DNA from: Rotaria socialis
Taxonomy: Eukaryota
DNA: 64,000 bases
Direction of reading: 5' to 3'
Assembly: GCA_905331295.1 (NCBI GenBank)
Contig: CAJNYD010000055.1
Coordinates: 62,001 to 126,000, forward strand
The stretch's first letter is position 1. Each line of letters opens with the position of its first letter. The translations under genes and the position numbers were made by a program. The notes under the pieces were generated by a model. That model searched no databases and was not told the origin of the DNA. It worked only from the letters and a program-made list of their open reading frames with translations. This document shows positions 1 to 13,387 of the stretch, piece by piece.

Positions 1-1435
1 GACTATGAGCCGGACACAGTTAAATTCAAACATACACAGACAGGTATTATTTTATTGAAACAAAAGGCAATATGTGCTGATAATCATGACGATGGAGAAT
101 ATGCCAAACAAAAAGAATTAATTGTACCTAAGGACATTGTTGTGTTTGCTGATGATGTAGATAGACGAAAAATCGGTCTATTCAAAAAATCAAGAAATCA
201 TTTTTCAAGGTTAGCCAAAAATTAAGAAATCAATTTGAAAAATCATACCTATTTTGATGATTTTAGACATTTATTAGTTACATCTGGTGCTGCACTTCAA
301 GCACTCATACCTTCATTAATTAATACTAAAGAATGGCTTATTGTTTGTAACCTTAAATATTCTAAACTCTATACAAAAGAAATACCAATTGAAAGTAATT
401 TATTGTATAAATATTTATTTTCTTTTAGTTAACTTCGTTTTATTAAAGAAAATGTGATAATTTCATTGAATATAAATCATTCTTGTGTTCGATATGAAAT
501 CCTGACCGCTTTTGATCTATTACAACAATCATTCAATGAAACAAAATCAGCTTATATCTTGGTCTGTTTGTTTGTTTGTCTGTTTCTTACTAGAAAAAAT
601 TTACAAAGTTCAGAAAATAAAATTTAGATTGATTTTTCCAAAATATTAAGTCGATGGTTTAAAGATTATCTTCAACGTACTGATCAATATCCATCACTAT
701 CAAATCGGATGTTATACCGATATCAAATTCAAGCATCAAAATGTTCACTCACATTAGGAAAACGACAATATCATCAAGAAAATAATTATTATCGATTTGG
801 AAGTAGTTTTCGAAAATTTGTAAATAATTTTATTTATTTCTCAATTAGATCGTTTTGTTTTCGTTCTATTTAGCATTACAAATCTGATATTCCAACGCAG
901 ATTTATATCAATTTCAATTCTCTACCAATCATGTTTTATTCAATTCAGTTAGACAATATATTTGTCTATTCAATGAGTATATCTCTAGCATTTTTATCTT
1001 TTGTATTTTGGAAGTAAATTATTTGTTTTTTAATTTTTAGATGATGAATATAAGCAAATAATCAAAGATATTGGCAATGGTTTATCATTAGTTTCGGTAC
1101 ATGAACTTAATGCTAGTAGATATATTGAAAATAAGCCAAATGATTGTTCTGTGCTCGTTCCAAAGAATGAAATTTCTCAAGGAAAATATTCTATTGAAGA
1201 AAAAGAAGAGAACATTTCTTGTCCATCTTCATTCGAACCAAATGAAAACGAACGAATTTTATTTGAAAAAATTTGGAACAATCGAATGCGAATTCAAATG
1301 CAACATCAACAATTAATGATGAAAGCAGCAAAACTTTTGTGTTTTCCACCTCTTAACAATGAGTCAGTTTATAAAAAAGCTGTACCATTAAATAGTGAAT
1401 CAGATTTACCAACAATACCATTAGTTCATTATTGA
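1..1435 (+). CDS. 3' part of a multi-exon gene of unknown function (5' end outside the window)
   Basis: Open frame from base 1 (DYEPDTVKFK...), chain of short GT-AG introns (e.g. ~210-266, ~996-1040), last exon ends ...IPLVHY*, AATAAA at ~1444; family not recognised. Confidence 0.7.
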
Positions 1436-1818
1436 TTTTTATCAATAAATTTAATAAAATTGATATAAACATATCTTAAAAGATTTCATTTTCTTGATTT
1501 ACATGTTGATCGTTAAGTAAATATGATTGAATAAGTATCTATTTATCAATAGCTTTTATTATAGTCTTTAAAAATGGATTAGTAAAGCAGTTCTGCGCTA
1601 TGATTCTTCGATCTCTTGAAAAACAGAAGAAAATGAACTCATTAGAAAAACAAATTCTATGTCATACTCATAATAAAATACGATGATACTGAATTTTCTT
1701 CTATTTACATTTTAATGTTTTAAATTTTGTTATAATCTACCGTTTCAAAATCGATGTAACTCATTTCCTATTTTCAAGTAATTTGACATCGAATGTGAAA
1801 GTCAAAGTTAGATGTCAC

Positions 1819-1958
1819 TGGAGACGTACACAGGACAGGATGGTCCTGCTGTTCTGTCCTGAAACCAGGGCTGGATTCGCAAGTAAGAAAAAACAGGATA
1901 GGGTTTGCTAGCAGGAAAGGAGGACATGTTATAAAAAATTTTCCTGTGTACGCCTCCG
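1819..1958. mobile_element. Degenerate hAT-like MITE
   Basis: TIR ggagacgtacacagga / tcctgtgtacgcctcc (15/16), imperfect 8-bp flanks gatgtcac / gatgttat, GC-richer than surroundings. Confidence 0.6.
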
Positions 1959-2105
1959 GATGTTATCGATATATGAAGTTTGAGCTTTTTTAGTTAAAAA
2001 AATATTCAATTTTAGTAGCTTCACGATTTCAGCACACTACGAAAGTCAAACCGCTTATTCGGTTTTTAAAGCGGTTTTGAATGAAATTATTTTTCGTGGG
2101 AAGAG

Positions 2106-2978
2106 CTAAAAATCCATTTTGGTATCAATATTCCGTTTATATTGAAATGTCGAAAGAACAGCACGATGATCACTTAATGTCCATCCACTAGTATCATTCC
2201 ATAATTGTTCATTACAACCACGAGGTATTAATTCACTTGAAATAGATTGAAGAATATTTGATCGATAAAAAATATAATCAACGCCTAGTTGTTCATTACG
2301 ATGTGTTAAATGAGTTACTTTGACTTCTTTTCCGTGGACGACAAAATAAGATGATTGAAATTGTTTTTCTAATAATTGATAAACTGGATCATTCTCAAAC
2401 GATGAATTCAAATCACCACAAATTATAATTGAACATTTATCTATAAGATTATGTTTAGTTTGATATTCATTAATCAATTCAAGAAACTTTTTCATTTGAG
2501 TTAATCTTAATTGACGATCGAATGAATTATGTGGAAATGTTAAATGAACATTTATTAAAAGTAAACACTTTCCATCATATTCAAGATTAAGTAAAAGACC
2601 AACACGATTACCAATATCATGTAGAAGAAGATCATATTTATCAATGACTTTGAAATAATTCTTATCAACAAGTATTGCTAAACCATCATCAAGATCATGC
2701 GTTCTTTGAACATAATGAAAAGAATATTTTGGTGACAGATAAGATTGGTATAATTGCAAAAATGACGGCTCATTTAGCCAAAATTCTTGTAAACAAATTA
2801 AATGAATTTGAAGAGATTGAAGAAGTTTGATTATTGATGAATGACGCGATTGCCAAAGAGATTCATGAGAACTTTCCCGATCATATTCTGATGATAAACG
2901 TTTATAACAGGGTGCAAGAATATTAAACGTACATACTGATAAAATATTCGGCGTAACTATTGACAAATTAGAGGACAT
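2106..2978 (-). CDS. Intronless EEP (endonuclease/exonuclease/phosphatase) protein resembling the plant At1g02270-type family, no EF-hand seen
   Basis: Motifs CTFNILAPCYKRL, ICLQEFW, DGLAIL, NVHLTFPH, CGDLN, HRNEQLGVDYIFY, SDH; probable start MSSNLS at 2978 just after an acceptor-like TTCTAG. Confidence 0.85.
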   Translation of the reverse strand: MSSNLSIVTPNILSVCTFNILAPCYKRLSSEYDRESSHESLWQSRHSSIIKLLQSLQIHLICLQEFWLNEPSFLQLYQSYLSPKYSFHYVQRTHDLDDGLAILVDKNYFKVIDKYDLLLHDIGNRVGLLLNLEYDGKCLLLINVHLTFPHNSFDRQLRLTQMKKFLELINEYQTKHNLIDKCSIIICGDLNSSFENDPVYQLLEKQFQSSYFVVHGKEVKVTHLTHRNEQLGVDYIFYRSNILQSISSELIPRGCNEQLWNDTSGWTLSDHRAVLSTFQYKRNIDTKMDF

Positions 2979-3407
2979 GAATCTAGAATGGCAAAGTAAT
3001 ATAATTAGTTGTTTAATTTCTTCTTTTATGAAGAACATCTACGAAACATTTTCTTGATTTAAAGACTATATTTATTTAAAAGACAAGTCATATGGGAACA
3101 TTGAAAAAGAAATGAAAATAAGCAGTTAATGCAATTTTGAGAAATGTTGAGATCGAATTCTAATTTATTTTCTGATGAATAAAAGTTCGTAGATAATTAA
3201 CTTGCCTTCAAGAAGAAAAAAACAAAGTGCACACGTTTTTCTTAAATAGCATTAATCGAATTCATATGGTTGATCTATAATAACGATTAACTTAAGTGAA
3301 AAACAAAAATTTTTTTTTTTAGGGTTTCTTTCCTCTTGTCAAACATACATATGTATATATAAGCAAAAAACAAAGAATAGGCGACAACACAGAAATAGAA
3401 TGAGTCA

Positions 3408-6400
3408 TTAGTTGCATTTGCATAAATATTTTAAATTAATCAATAATATGCCATCATCCGAAATATTTCCATCGAGTTTAACAACACCATCTGGATTATC
3501 AACCGCTAGTAAATCACCCGATGCACCTTTACTATCTCCACCGATAACATAGATCTTTAAAATAAAAAGAAATTAATACGGAAAAAAATTCTTCTTTTTG
3601 TTAAAAAACGAATCAACTAACTTTATCGTTTACTTTCGGTGTAACAGGTTCCATATGATCAAGTGGAATAACAGCACGACGATCTTGTTGACTTAAATGA
3701 ACCGTGCACACGCCATTCTAAAAAAATATCTCGTTTCTTTTTTAATATAAAATTCACTATATACTCACCGAAATACTTTGAATAACGCCAATCATTCCTA
3801 CATGTATCGATTCATCTTCATTAGCTACTTTAATTCGAACATGTAATCCTTCTGCATGCCAATCATTATTTGATATTGAATCAAGATCTATTATCATAAT
3901 TATTATCTTTGTATTAGAATTATTACCAAATCGAAACAAAAACATACCCAATGCCGTTGACATTGGTGCATATTGCGCACTTGGTGTTACAGGAGTTATA
4001 TTTATTGATGGAGAATAAACATAACTTCCAGCTGATGATTGATCCGTTGAAATGTTATTATTTGATGAAGAAAAACTACCGCCTGCTGCACCTGGTGTTG
4101 GAATATGAGAACTATATGCTATGAAAAATATAAACAATAATATTATTTTAAAATAAATTATAATATTTAAAAAAGCGTTTACGTTGATAATCCATTGGCA
4201 TAGCTGGCGATGGTGTTGGATGATTTGAATATGGAGAATAAGCACTGGCTGATGCATTAGAAAGTACACTTGAAGGTCCACCAGTTGAGCCAAGTAATGA
4301 GGCAGAAGCTGATTGTGCAGCTGATGAAGAACTTGAAAGAGATGATGAACCTGTTGTATTTGAACTACCAAGACCACTTGGCAATGTATCTGCTAAATGA
4401 CTATATGAAGGTGTCGTTGGATTTAATGTAGAAAATGGTGATGGACCATCATCATCATCATAATCGACTCTGAATTTAATTTAAGATGATTTAAAAAAAC
4501 AATAAAGAAATATAGTAAAAAAACCTAGGCGTTGTTGCATAAGTTGGATCCCAAGCTGATGCTCCACCATGAGCATGTGGAGTCATTGAGCCATCATGAC
4601 GAGGTGTCTATTAAGAGAATTTTACATTGGTCAGTATTTTATTATTTCTTTTACAAACCATATTTCCATAATAAGGCGTTCGTGATCCATCGTGCATTGG
4701 AGTTTGATTACCAATCATTGGAGTACGAGAACCAAATGCAGCATAGGATGGTGTTTGTGAGCCGTGAAGTGGTGTCGTAAAATGATGAGACATTTCACCA
4801 GCATTACGTGGAACATTTCTAAAACAAATCAATAATTATCAACACAAAACATCAACGATAAAAGTAATATTAATTAAATTTAAGCTAAATGTTTATTCTA
4901 ATGATATTTTCAGAGTTTGAAATCACAAGGTTATTAACACTATTCTGTCAAGAAAATATGTGTCCATTAGAGATCGTCGGTTTGAAGTCTACTGCAATAT
5001 TTTAGCACATATAAAATGAATGTTTTTCCTCGTCGAAAGTAAGCCTTGTATTTATTATCGAAAGAAATGAATGTTTATCATATTCATATTCATTTTGAGC
5101 ATGAAGTTAATAAATTGCCATCGAAAGTTTGAAATATAATTCGAAAAATTCAGACTCGATACATGCAACTCTGTTCAGCGTTGAAAAAGAATTCTCGTCT
5201 CATCCGACTGTAAACTACGGTAGTTGAAATGAATTCAAGTGATTTTGATAGGACTGAAAGTCATACTATTTCCTAGTAGTTAGTCATCGATTCTCAGTAT
5301 CATCTCGACAACAGGAATAAATATATAACATTCTTATAGAATCTAATTAGATTTCAACTTAATGGATACTAATTTCTTGTTCGCGAATTATTTAAGGTGC
5401 AGAGCAAATTGCTAAGAGACAAGGAAACTTACGTTGTTGATACAATTCGATTTCGATCAACAGTAATCGTTTGACATTTGGCATGAAGTTCAATTTTACA
5501 TGTTGAATCAGTTGCATCTTTAACAATACCAACATAACCTTTATAAGGCCCTTGTGAAATTCGAACTGTTTGTCCAATTAAAGCTGTATCACGACGAATA
5601 TTATTTAACGATGACGATTGTGACTTAGGCCCACCACCTCCAGTTGAATTAGGCGTTCGTCCACCACCTGATGCTGGACTATTTCCATGTATTGATGAAG
5701 AACCGCCGGATAATGTATGTGGAGACGGCGAGGATGTGACACGTGGTGACATATAAGGAGCATTCATTGGAATTGATAATGGTCCCGATGAAACTTTTGA
5801 TGCTCCACCAGCTAATGATAAGTTTCTTGCTTTACATACAAATAAACCGCCATTCTCAGTTAGTGTTCGACAAAATATGAAAACGAAATGTCTATAAAGA
5901 TGTTTTATTTGACCTTGACGATTCTGAAAGAAACAAGAAAAAATAAATCAAGCTCAGATTAGTTAACAGAAGAAATATTCAAATTCTTACTGCAAATAGT
6001 CCATCATTAACATTAACAATATCTCCAGCATTTAAATTATTATTTTGTGAATCAAGTGCCGTTGCATTTCGATTTATTTTTCTTTTAGTTACTGATTGAA
6101 TCGGAACTAATTGAACTTTTCCATCCATATTTAATACATGTAAACGTTCCTTTTCAATACGTACAACAACACCAACCTTATCGGCTCTGTAAATAAACAA
6201 GTAAAAAATTCGAAAACTTTTTCATTTTTCTTTCTCCTTCAATAAACACATACGATATATTGACTAAATCTCTAAGTTGAAATTGTCCTGTTGAATCCAC
6301 ACCTGTTGCTGTTTCTTTAGTAATTTGAAGGTCAGATGTTCGAACGGACATCTAAATGCATCATATAATTTTTTTATTTTTTATTTTTACTTGGCTGACT

Positions 6401-9336
6401 AACTTCATCTTTGGTTCCATCACTTAAAACAACAGCTTTTGCTCCTTCAATGCCTACAATCATGCCAGTTTCACCTTCAAATCTTCCACTTAATACTTTA
6501 ACATGATTTCCGACGGAAAAATATTTTCTCAATTCATGGGCTTTGAATGGAATTTCATCTTTTAGAGCTTCATGTTTTGGCAATATTCGAATTGAATCTC
6601 CATCAATACCAACAATTGTACCTTGTAAATTTATTAATTCACCTTCACATACTTCTACATGATCACCAGGTGCAAATGATAATAAATCATTTTTTGATGT
6701 TTTTCTTTTGTTGATGGAAACTAAAATTTAGCAAAATAAACAACAAAACAATGTTCGTGCTTTATTCAAAAAAAAACAATTTTTTCAAATAGAAATTTAC
6801 CATTAGATTCGGGTCCATCAAGTGTTTCTTCAAATTTATCCAGCTCACTGATACTTGGAGTAATACCATCAGCCGACTAAAATTGATTTTAATTTAAAAT
6901 ATTTTTCATCAAATATATTACAGATGATCATTGAACAAAAGAATACATAGATCTCAGTATAATTGATTTATGACTTTATCTCATCTGATTTTCAAGTTAA
7001 AACTGATCAAAATCGAATTCATTAGATATCGCATAAAATAAAATGAATGAAAATCGGTATAATATTCAATCTATCTGAAGATAGATTATGTTTTAAACAT
7101 GAAGAATGCTTTTCACTAGAAAACAAGTTGGATCAATACGATGCTTGCAAAAACTGAATATGGATCTCGTAGCAATCATTTCGTTACAATCATATGTCGA
7201 TTGTTATGCTATCTCACCGATTCTCAAGTATAATACATTTAAAACTTGATGAGAATAGTTTTTAGCAAAATTTCACATTCTTCGATTAGTTTCTATCTCG
7301 TAACAAGAACTTGAGATTACTTATTTCATATGTAATTATTACTTCAAAGATCCGTTTATTTCAAGCAGATCTTGTATAGATTTGAATCAAAAGATCTCAC
7401 ACTTCACCAAAACACGATTCTCATTGATATCTGTTGTAGCACAATATTTCAATAAATAAACTCGATTATTTTGTGTTTTTCTAAGCGTGGCTATGGCATT
7501 AAGTTTAAAAAAAGTTTCAAATCACCAGATCGTCATCTTGGTTAGCCTAAATATTTAGATTTATTTTGCAATTCATCAAAGCTCTTTATCGTATCAAGAT
7601 AATGTATATCTTCAAGTTGATTAGATCCATAAGAGATGCTACTCAATCAATCATATATCTAGGATGGAAACACTGTGACTCACGAAAAACAAGTAAAATG
7701 ATGAAATCTACGTTTTACTTACAACAGCAACAAGTGGGAAATTCTTGATAAGGAAACCTTTATCATCATACTTTCCACCTTCAAACGATCTATGTTCAAT
7801 ATCTCTTTTGATTTGTCCACCAGCAGCTCTATAAAAAAAAAGATTCTTTTCCCATGAACTATTTTATTTGTAGTTAAATACTCACTCTACAGCTGTTTCG
7901 TCAAATAATTTTGCTGGTGGTCTTTTGAAAGCGAAGCGACTTTTTTTCTTCGCTGCTTGATGTGGTTCAGGTACAATATTACTTTGATCGTTGGATATTC
8001 CTCTTGGTCCACCACGTTTTCTACTGTAATCAATTCTTGGTATTAATTTAAGGGTGACCAAATTTTGTACCATATCGCATTGTTCAACTTTAGCTAAATC
8101 ATCACGGTAAACGCCACGTTTAACACGTACCCATGAACCTTTTTTAATTCCATATGTTGTTTTGACAACTCGAAGTATATCAGTCATTCCTTTGATAGGT
8201 ACCATTTGAAGATTTGTAACATTTAATGAACGTATATCATCGCATGCTGCTTTAACGTGATTTGACTTGAATGCTTCAATATAGATATAACCCCGATCAC
8301 CTTCTTTCACAACAACTGATTTTATTTGTAACGCCTTAAAAATATAATTTTATATTTGAATTACGAGTTTTTTTTTGTCTTTACTTTTTCATTATTTTCT
8401 AGAGAAAGATATTTTCTCATAAGTAGTAAAGCTGTTTGCCTTTCTTCTCCAATTCTGCATTTAACTGGCCAAAGATTAGGTGATTTAACATCAGGTAATA
8501 AACTCTGCTGTGTGATTTCATCTGGAACTTGTTCTCCATCATTGTATTCATCGTAATCACCGCGCGTTCCTCGACCTTTTGGGCCATAACGTTCGTTGAT
8601 ATATTTCTCCATTTCAATTGGATCCATTCCACTATTAGGAGAAGAAAAGAATATTACTAGTTTAGAATTGTAACGAATACGAACTCTTCAGGAAGTGAAA
8701 ATTTGGATCGCCCAGCTCGATAAATATCAGCTGCTGTTGTATCATGAATTTCTGTTTGTTCAACAAAACCTTCTTCAGGTGCATCTTCTTCTTCCTCTTC
8801 TTCTTCATCGTCATCAACATCTATTAAAATGAGAAGTAGATTTATTCGCTTTTTTGTTATAAAAAAAAAAATCATTTTTACCAGCTTCATCAATAATGAA
8901 ATTTTTTCCAGAAATCTTCTTTTTCTTTCGTTTTTGTTGATAACTTCCTTTTTTTCTCTTATTTCTATTTTCTTCTTCATCCTAAAATAATAAATCGCAA
9001 GAAACAATGTTTATTCATTTATTAAACACAAGAAAAATTCATTGAAAGAAACCTCATCATCGTCTTCGTCATCTTCGTCCTATAAAAATTAAACAATCAA
9101 TATGTTTAATGGCAAACATGTAAATCTGACCTCTTCTTCGTCGTCCTCGTCTCCTTCTACTTCTTCATCGTCTTCTTCTTCTTGTGGTGTTCCTGTTTCT
9201 TCTTCGTCATCGGATGTTTTTCGTTTTTTTGATTTCATTTTTCTTATATCATTTTTATGCTAATACAAACGGAAAAGAAACAAGATTTAATACGTTTTTC
9301 ATATAATTCATAACGAACTTCTTCACTGTCGCTCAT
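3408..9336 (-). CDS. SUPT5H: Transcription elongation factor SPT5 (multi-exon)
   Basis: MSDSEE acidic N-terminus, NGN domain ([29 protein letters not shown]), KOW repeats ([38 protein letters not shown]), CTR repeats (GSQTP/GSRTP), C-terminal KOWs; canonical introns; stop at 3408-3410. Confidence 0.97.
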
Positions 9337-9687
9337 TGCCAACAACCGAAAAAGATTCTAAAATACAATAAAATAATTAATTGAAGAAACAGAACCATAA
9401 CTTCTAACCTTCTTCGTGTATATGAAAGTTTGGAAATGAATGTTAAGACACCACACGATTGGATTTAAATACTGAATAATAATTGAATTCTATTCGCTGA
9501 CAAATATCAACGAATAGAAAACGACGTTGTGCATAAATAAATAAATAAATGCACATACATACATATATATGTGAATATGAGCGACTTGTGTCACTAGAAT
9601 CGATTTTTATAGTCTCTTATTTTGTACAATAACCTCGAAATTTAACCGTTGGCTCTTAAAAGAAAATCTGAGTTTGTTATTTTAGCA

Positions 9688-11635
9688 ATGGTTGAGTGTG
9701 AATATCTGAAATTATTTATCGTTGAATGTAAAAATGATTATCGATTCAATTGTCGAAAATCTCTAATGGTAAAAGTTTTCCGTTTGTTCTTTTAATATTC
9801 ATTTTTATTTTATATTTAGTTTTGTAATAAAACGATGGCTTCATTTTTCTATATGCTAACATGTCAAGTTGAATATGATGATCGTGTATTTTTTACTTCT
9901 ATTGAACTTTTGAATAGGTTTCTAAGATTATTTTGAAAAAACTGTTTATTGTTATTATGAATGTGCGTTTTTTTTAGATATTTAATTTGTTCAATGGTAA
10001 AATCAAGCCATTCAATCGGTAAAGATCAAAAAAGCCTCAAGAATCAATATGAATCAATAAAGGAAAAATATTGTCAAGATAAATACATTATTGCGACTGC
10101 TTGTTTTCAGCTTGCCACACAAATTTGTGTATGCTATTCATTTTATTATTCTTGTCTTACAATTCCTGAATTGAACATGCCAACAACGAGATAAAAGAGA
10201 ATTAGATGATTGTTGTCTCCTGTTTTCTTTTATTTAAACTGCCATCTCTTGACGAGTCAATACTATAATCAGAAATCCATATTTTATCCTTATTTTTTTC
10301 CAAATCGAAATCGAAAGTACAGTCTTTTTCTGATAGATTTCTGAAGATTCTATTCTGTTTATTAATTAAAAATAAATGAAAAAAAAAGAAAATTACCTCA
10401 ACCATTAGGTTATGAGAAAAGTCAAGAGAACACAATGTGGACATCCTCGTATAACACCAGGTGAATGCTGTGTCCTAAAGATGAAAAATACTCTGCTTTC
10501 TGATAAACATGTTATTTATTTTAAACTTTTGTTTGAAACAATCTGACTCGCATCAGTAGTCCTTAGTTTGTTTTTCAAATTGTATTTAAATCAGCAGTAT
10601 AATTCTTTTTACGAGACAATAAGAAGCCGTCAGTAGTTTCGAATTAATATGATTGATCTTTATTTCAATTTTCCATTACTTATTTCTACATTGAACATTG
10701 AACTTTCACACACACACGCATATATATATATCAAAATTAGAGAAATATTGTTGAGTTCCAGTTTAGCTTGCCAGTAAAATTTTGAATAATTTGAAGAAAA
10801 TAATATTTTTTATAGGATCAACCCATTGATACTCCTCGTTTAATTGAATATTTTCATGAACTTACACGAATGGATCCAAATATGACAAAAGTAACAACAT
10901 TAAATCGCGATCAATTGATTCAAATTCAAATTCAAATATTAACAACAATTGATCATATGTTTCCACGATATACTCCTCATATATTTATATCTCATTTTCT
11001 TCGATTTCTTAGTAGGTTTATTTATTTATTTTCTTCAAAAGGAAAAGAAAAGAACAGAAAGAATTTAGATAGTGAAATAAAAATGATTAGTGAACGTTTA
11101 CATAATGCATCAATGCTTTTACTGGTTCATATTTATTTACAATGGACATTACTTATTGAACTTTTAGCAAAAAAAGAAAGTGGATTGTCGAAAGTGAATA
11201 AAATACAAATGTATGCAAAAAAATTAATATTTATTTTGTTTCTATGTCGATAATGATTTCTTGATGATATTAGGGAAAGTGTTACTCAACGATTTCGTGA
11301 TCCGTTATTACTTGGTTCAGCTACAATTCTTGCAGCATCGAAAATGTTTTGTCATGGAATGAATTCACAAATTCATGATAAGGTTTTGTTTGATTTTCAT
11401 TGTTTGACAATATATTTATTTATCAAAAAAATAGATTATCAGTTTATGTGTTAGTCTTCTTGGCATTGATCCAATGCGTATTTATATGGCTCAATTTTTT
11501 GCCGAAGAAGTTATACAAAAATCAGTCAGTGTTCGGTTATTAATAGGATCAAAAAACAATGCAACTTCCAGAATTATAGTTGATCGAGAACATGATTTTG
11601 ATGATGAATCCATGATGATATTTAAATCATCCTAG
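9688..11635 (+). CDS. CNTD1: Cyclin N-terminal domain-containing protein 1 (CNTD1/COSA-1)-like, 7 exons
   Basis: Spliced frame is open: FFTSIELLNRY, IATACFQLATQI, DQLIQIQIQILTTID, TPHIFISHFL, RLHNASMLLLVHIYL, RDPLLLGSATILAAS; these match in order the CNTD1 segments as I recall them (QAVEILERF, VSCVQLASKL, TPLAYVETLL, RLHATCLTLLDLVYL, EDFMLLAVGIIAAS). Confidence 0.75.
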
Positions 11636-13387
11636 AGCAGTTTGTTTGTCTTCTATTGAATTTAAATAAATATTGTTTATATTAAAAAAAGACAATAAAT
11701 GTATTTTGTTGCACTTGAAACTTATTTACTGTAAATGAAATTATAATCACGTATCCTCGTCCCTTTATATATAATCGAAGTGAAACATTACTTTGATTTC
11801 GTTTTTACTGATCAATCAGTATTCTTCAACCGAGCATGAATTGATGTAGAAAATTTTCTAGTATTTATACAGAATAGATATTGTTATCTAAGTTCTATAT
11901 CCAACCTTATATTCAATGAAAGTGTTATCATAACTGGATCTCAGATAGATAGATATGGATAAGAGTAAAACGATTTAAGAAAAGAAGTTTTTCTAGAATT
12001 TTGGTATACTGATCTGGTGGATATGCATAATAAGAGCATTCTGACACGTACTGCTAGTCTCAAGATCTTTATCAAACAGTATTTGCATGAGCTATGAAGA
12101 TATCAGAATCAGAAAAAATTTCGTATCTGTATTCCTGAAAATGTCACAATCATATATTCACATGATTAAATTCTTGAACAACGGCGAAAACGTTTTTTTC
12201 ATATCTATCTTTACCAAGAACTAGAAAATCGTTTATAGAACCAATAACAACGCTATTCAAGCATACGTAAGTGTAAATCTATTTTCTGTCGCTGTTCGAC
12301 ATTCCATTCTTTGCTCATATTAAAAATTGCATGCGCTAATTTGTTTCAGCAAGTATAAAGGTTACCCACCAATATGATGGGGTGTCACATTAGTAGTAAG
12401 AACTTGTGCAAAGATAATAGAATGAATAAAAATCAATCAAGTTCTTGAAGAGTCACTCCGAAATGATAGAAAGCGTCCGTTTTCTGCTGCAATAATGAAA
12501 GATTTTACAATTTGTTTTTCTTACATAAAGAATGCACAGACAAACTGCAACATATTTATATATGTACATAAATATAGTGACGACTACTATGTTCGTACGG
12601 ATAATTCGAGCAGCGCAACTTTCTCACTCATAGATAAAATGAACTATTTACTTTAAGATAAATGTTAAAATTAAAATTTATTATGCAATTTAATATGAAA
12701 AGAATGATGTGTTTTCAAGGTTTTACAAAAAAACCCGTTATGTATTGCTTTGCGTATCCATAGTAGTCTCTGGCCGATGTCTGACGCAAATCAGTAGATG
12801 CTTTGTTTTTTATTGCAAAATCTTATTACTACCTAAGAGAGCGAAAACCTGCTGAGGGTGTCCAAAATCTGTAGCTTATCAATAGTTACAAGAGTATGTA
12901 TTAACTATTGAAAAACCTGTACTGTATTGAGGTCTCAAAAAGTAGAACAGGAAATACGACTATGAGTATCATTGTGACTATCGATTGGGAAATGAATCTG
13001 AGTATGAAGTCACAACTGTTCACAAATCACCCATACACACACCCTCACACGTACACTCTCAACTTCTACAATGAAGCTCTATATAGATAAAAATTGTGCA
13101 ATATTTTTCTAACGGTACGAAACATTATCATGCACAACATATGACTTCAATCGTTGATTAAACAGCTGTTGATATTCTCTTATCAGACAATTTTTCAGCC
13201 TAAACGAGATTTTTTTTGTTGTTGGCTTTTTATTTTTAGTCGAATATAGATATAAAAAATGCAAGTTTCAATGAACGTGAGAAAAAAAAACATCTGTATT
13301 CAAATTCAATACGTGAACATATTTATTTTATCACATCGACTACATATACATGTTAGTTGTAGATTTTACTCGTTCTCTGTGGAACCG

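Noticed and set aside
2046..2080. Hairpin resembling a bacterial terminator downstream of the EEP gene
   Set aside because: Short imperfect inverted repeat in a eukaryotic 3' region; more likely a transposon scar or chance
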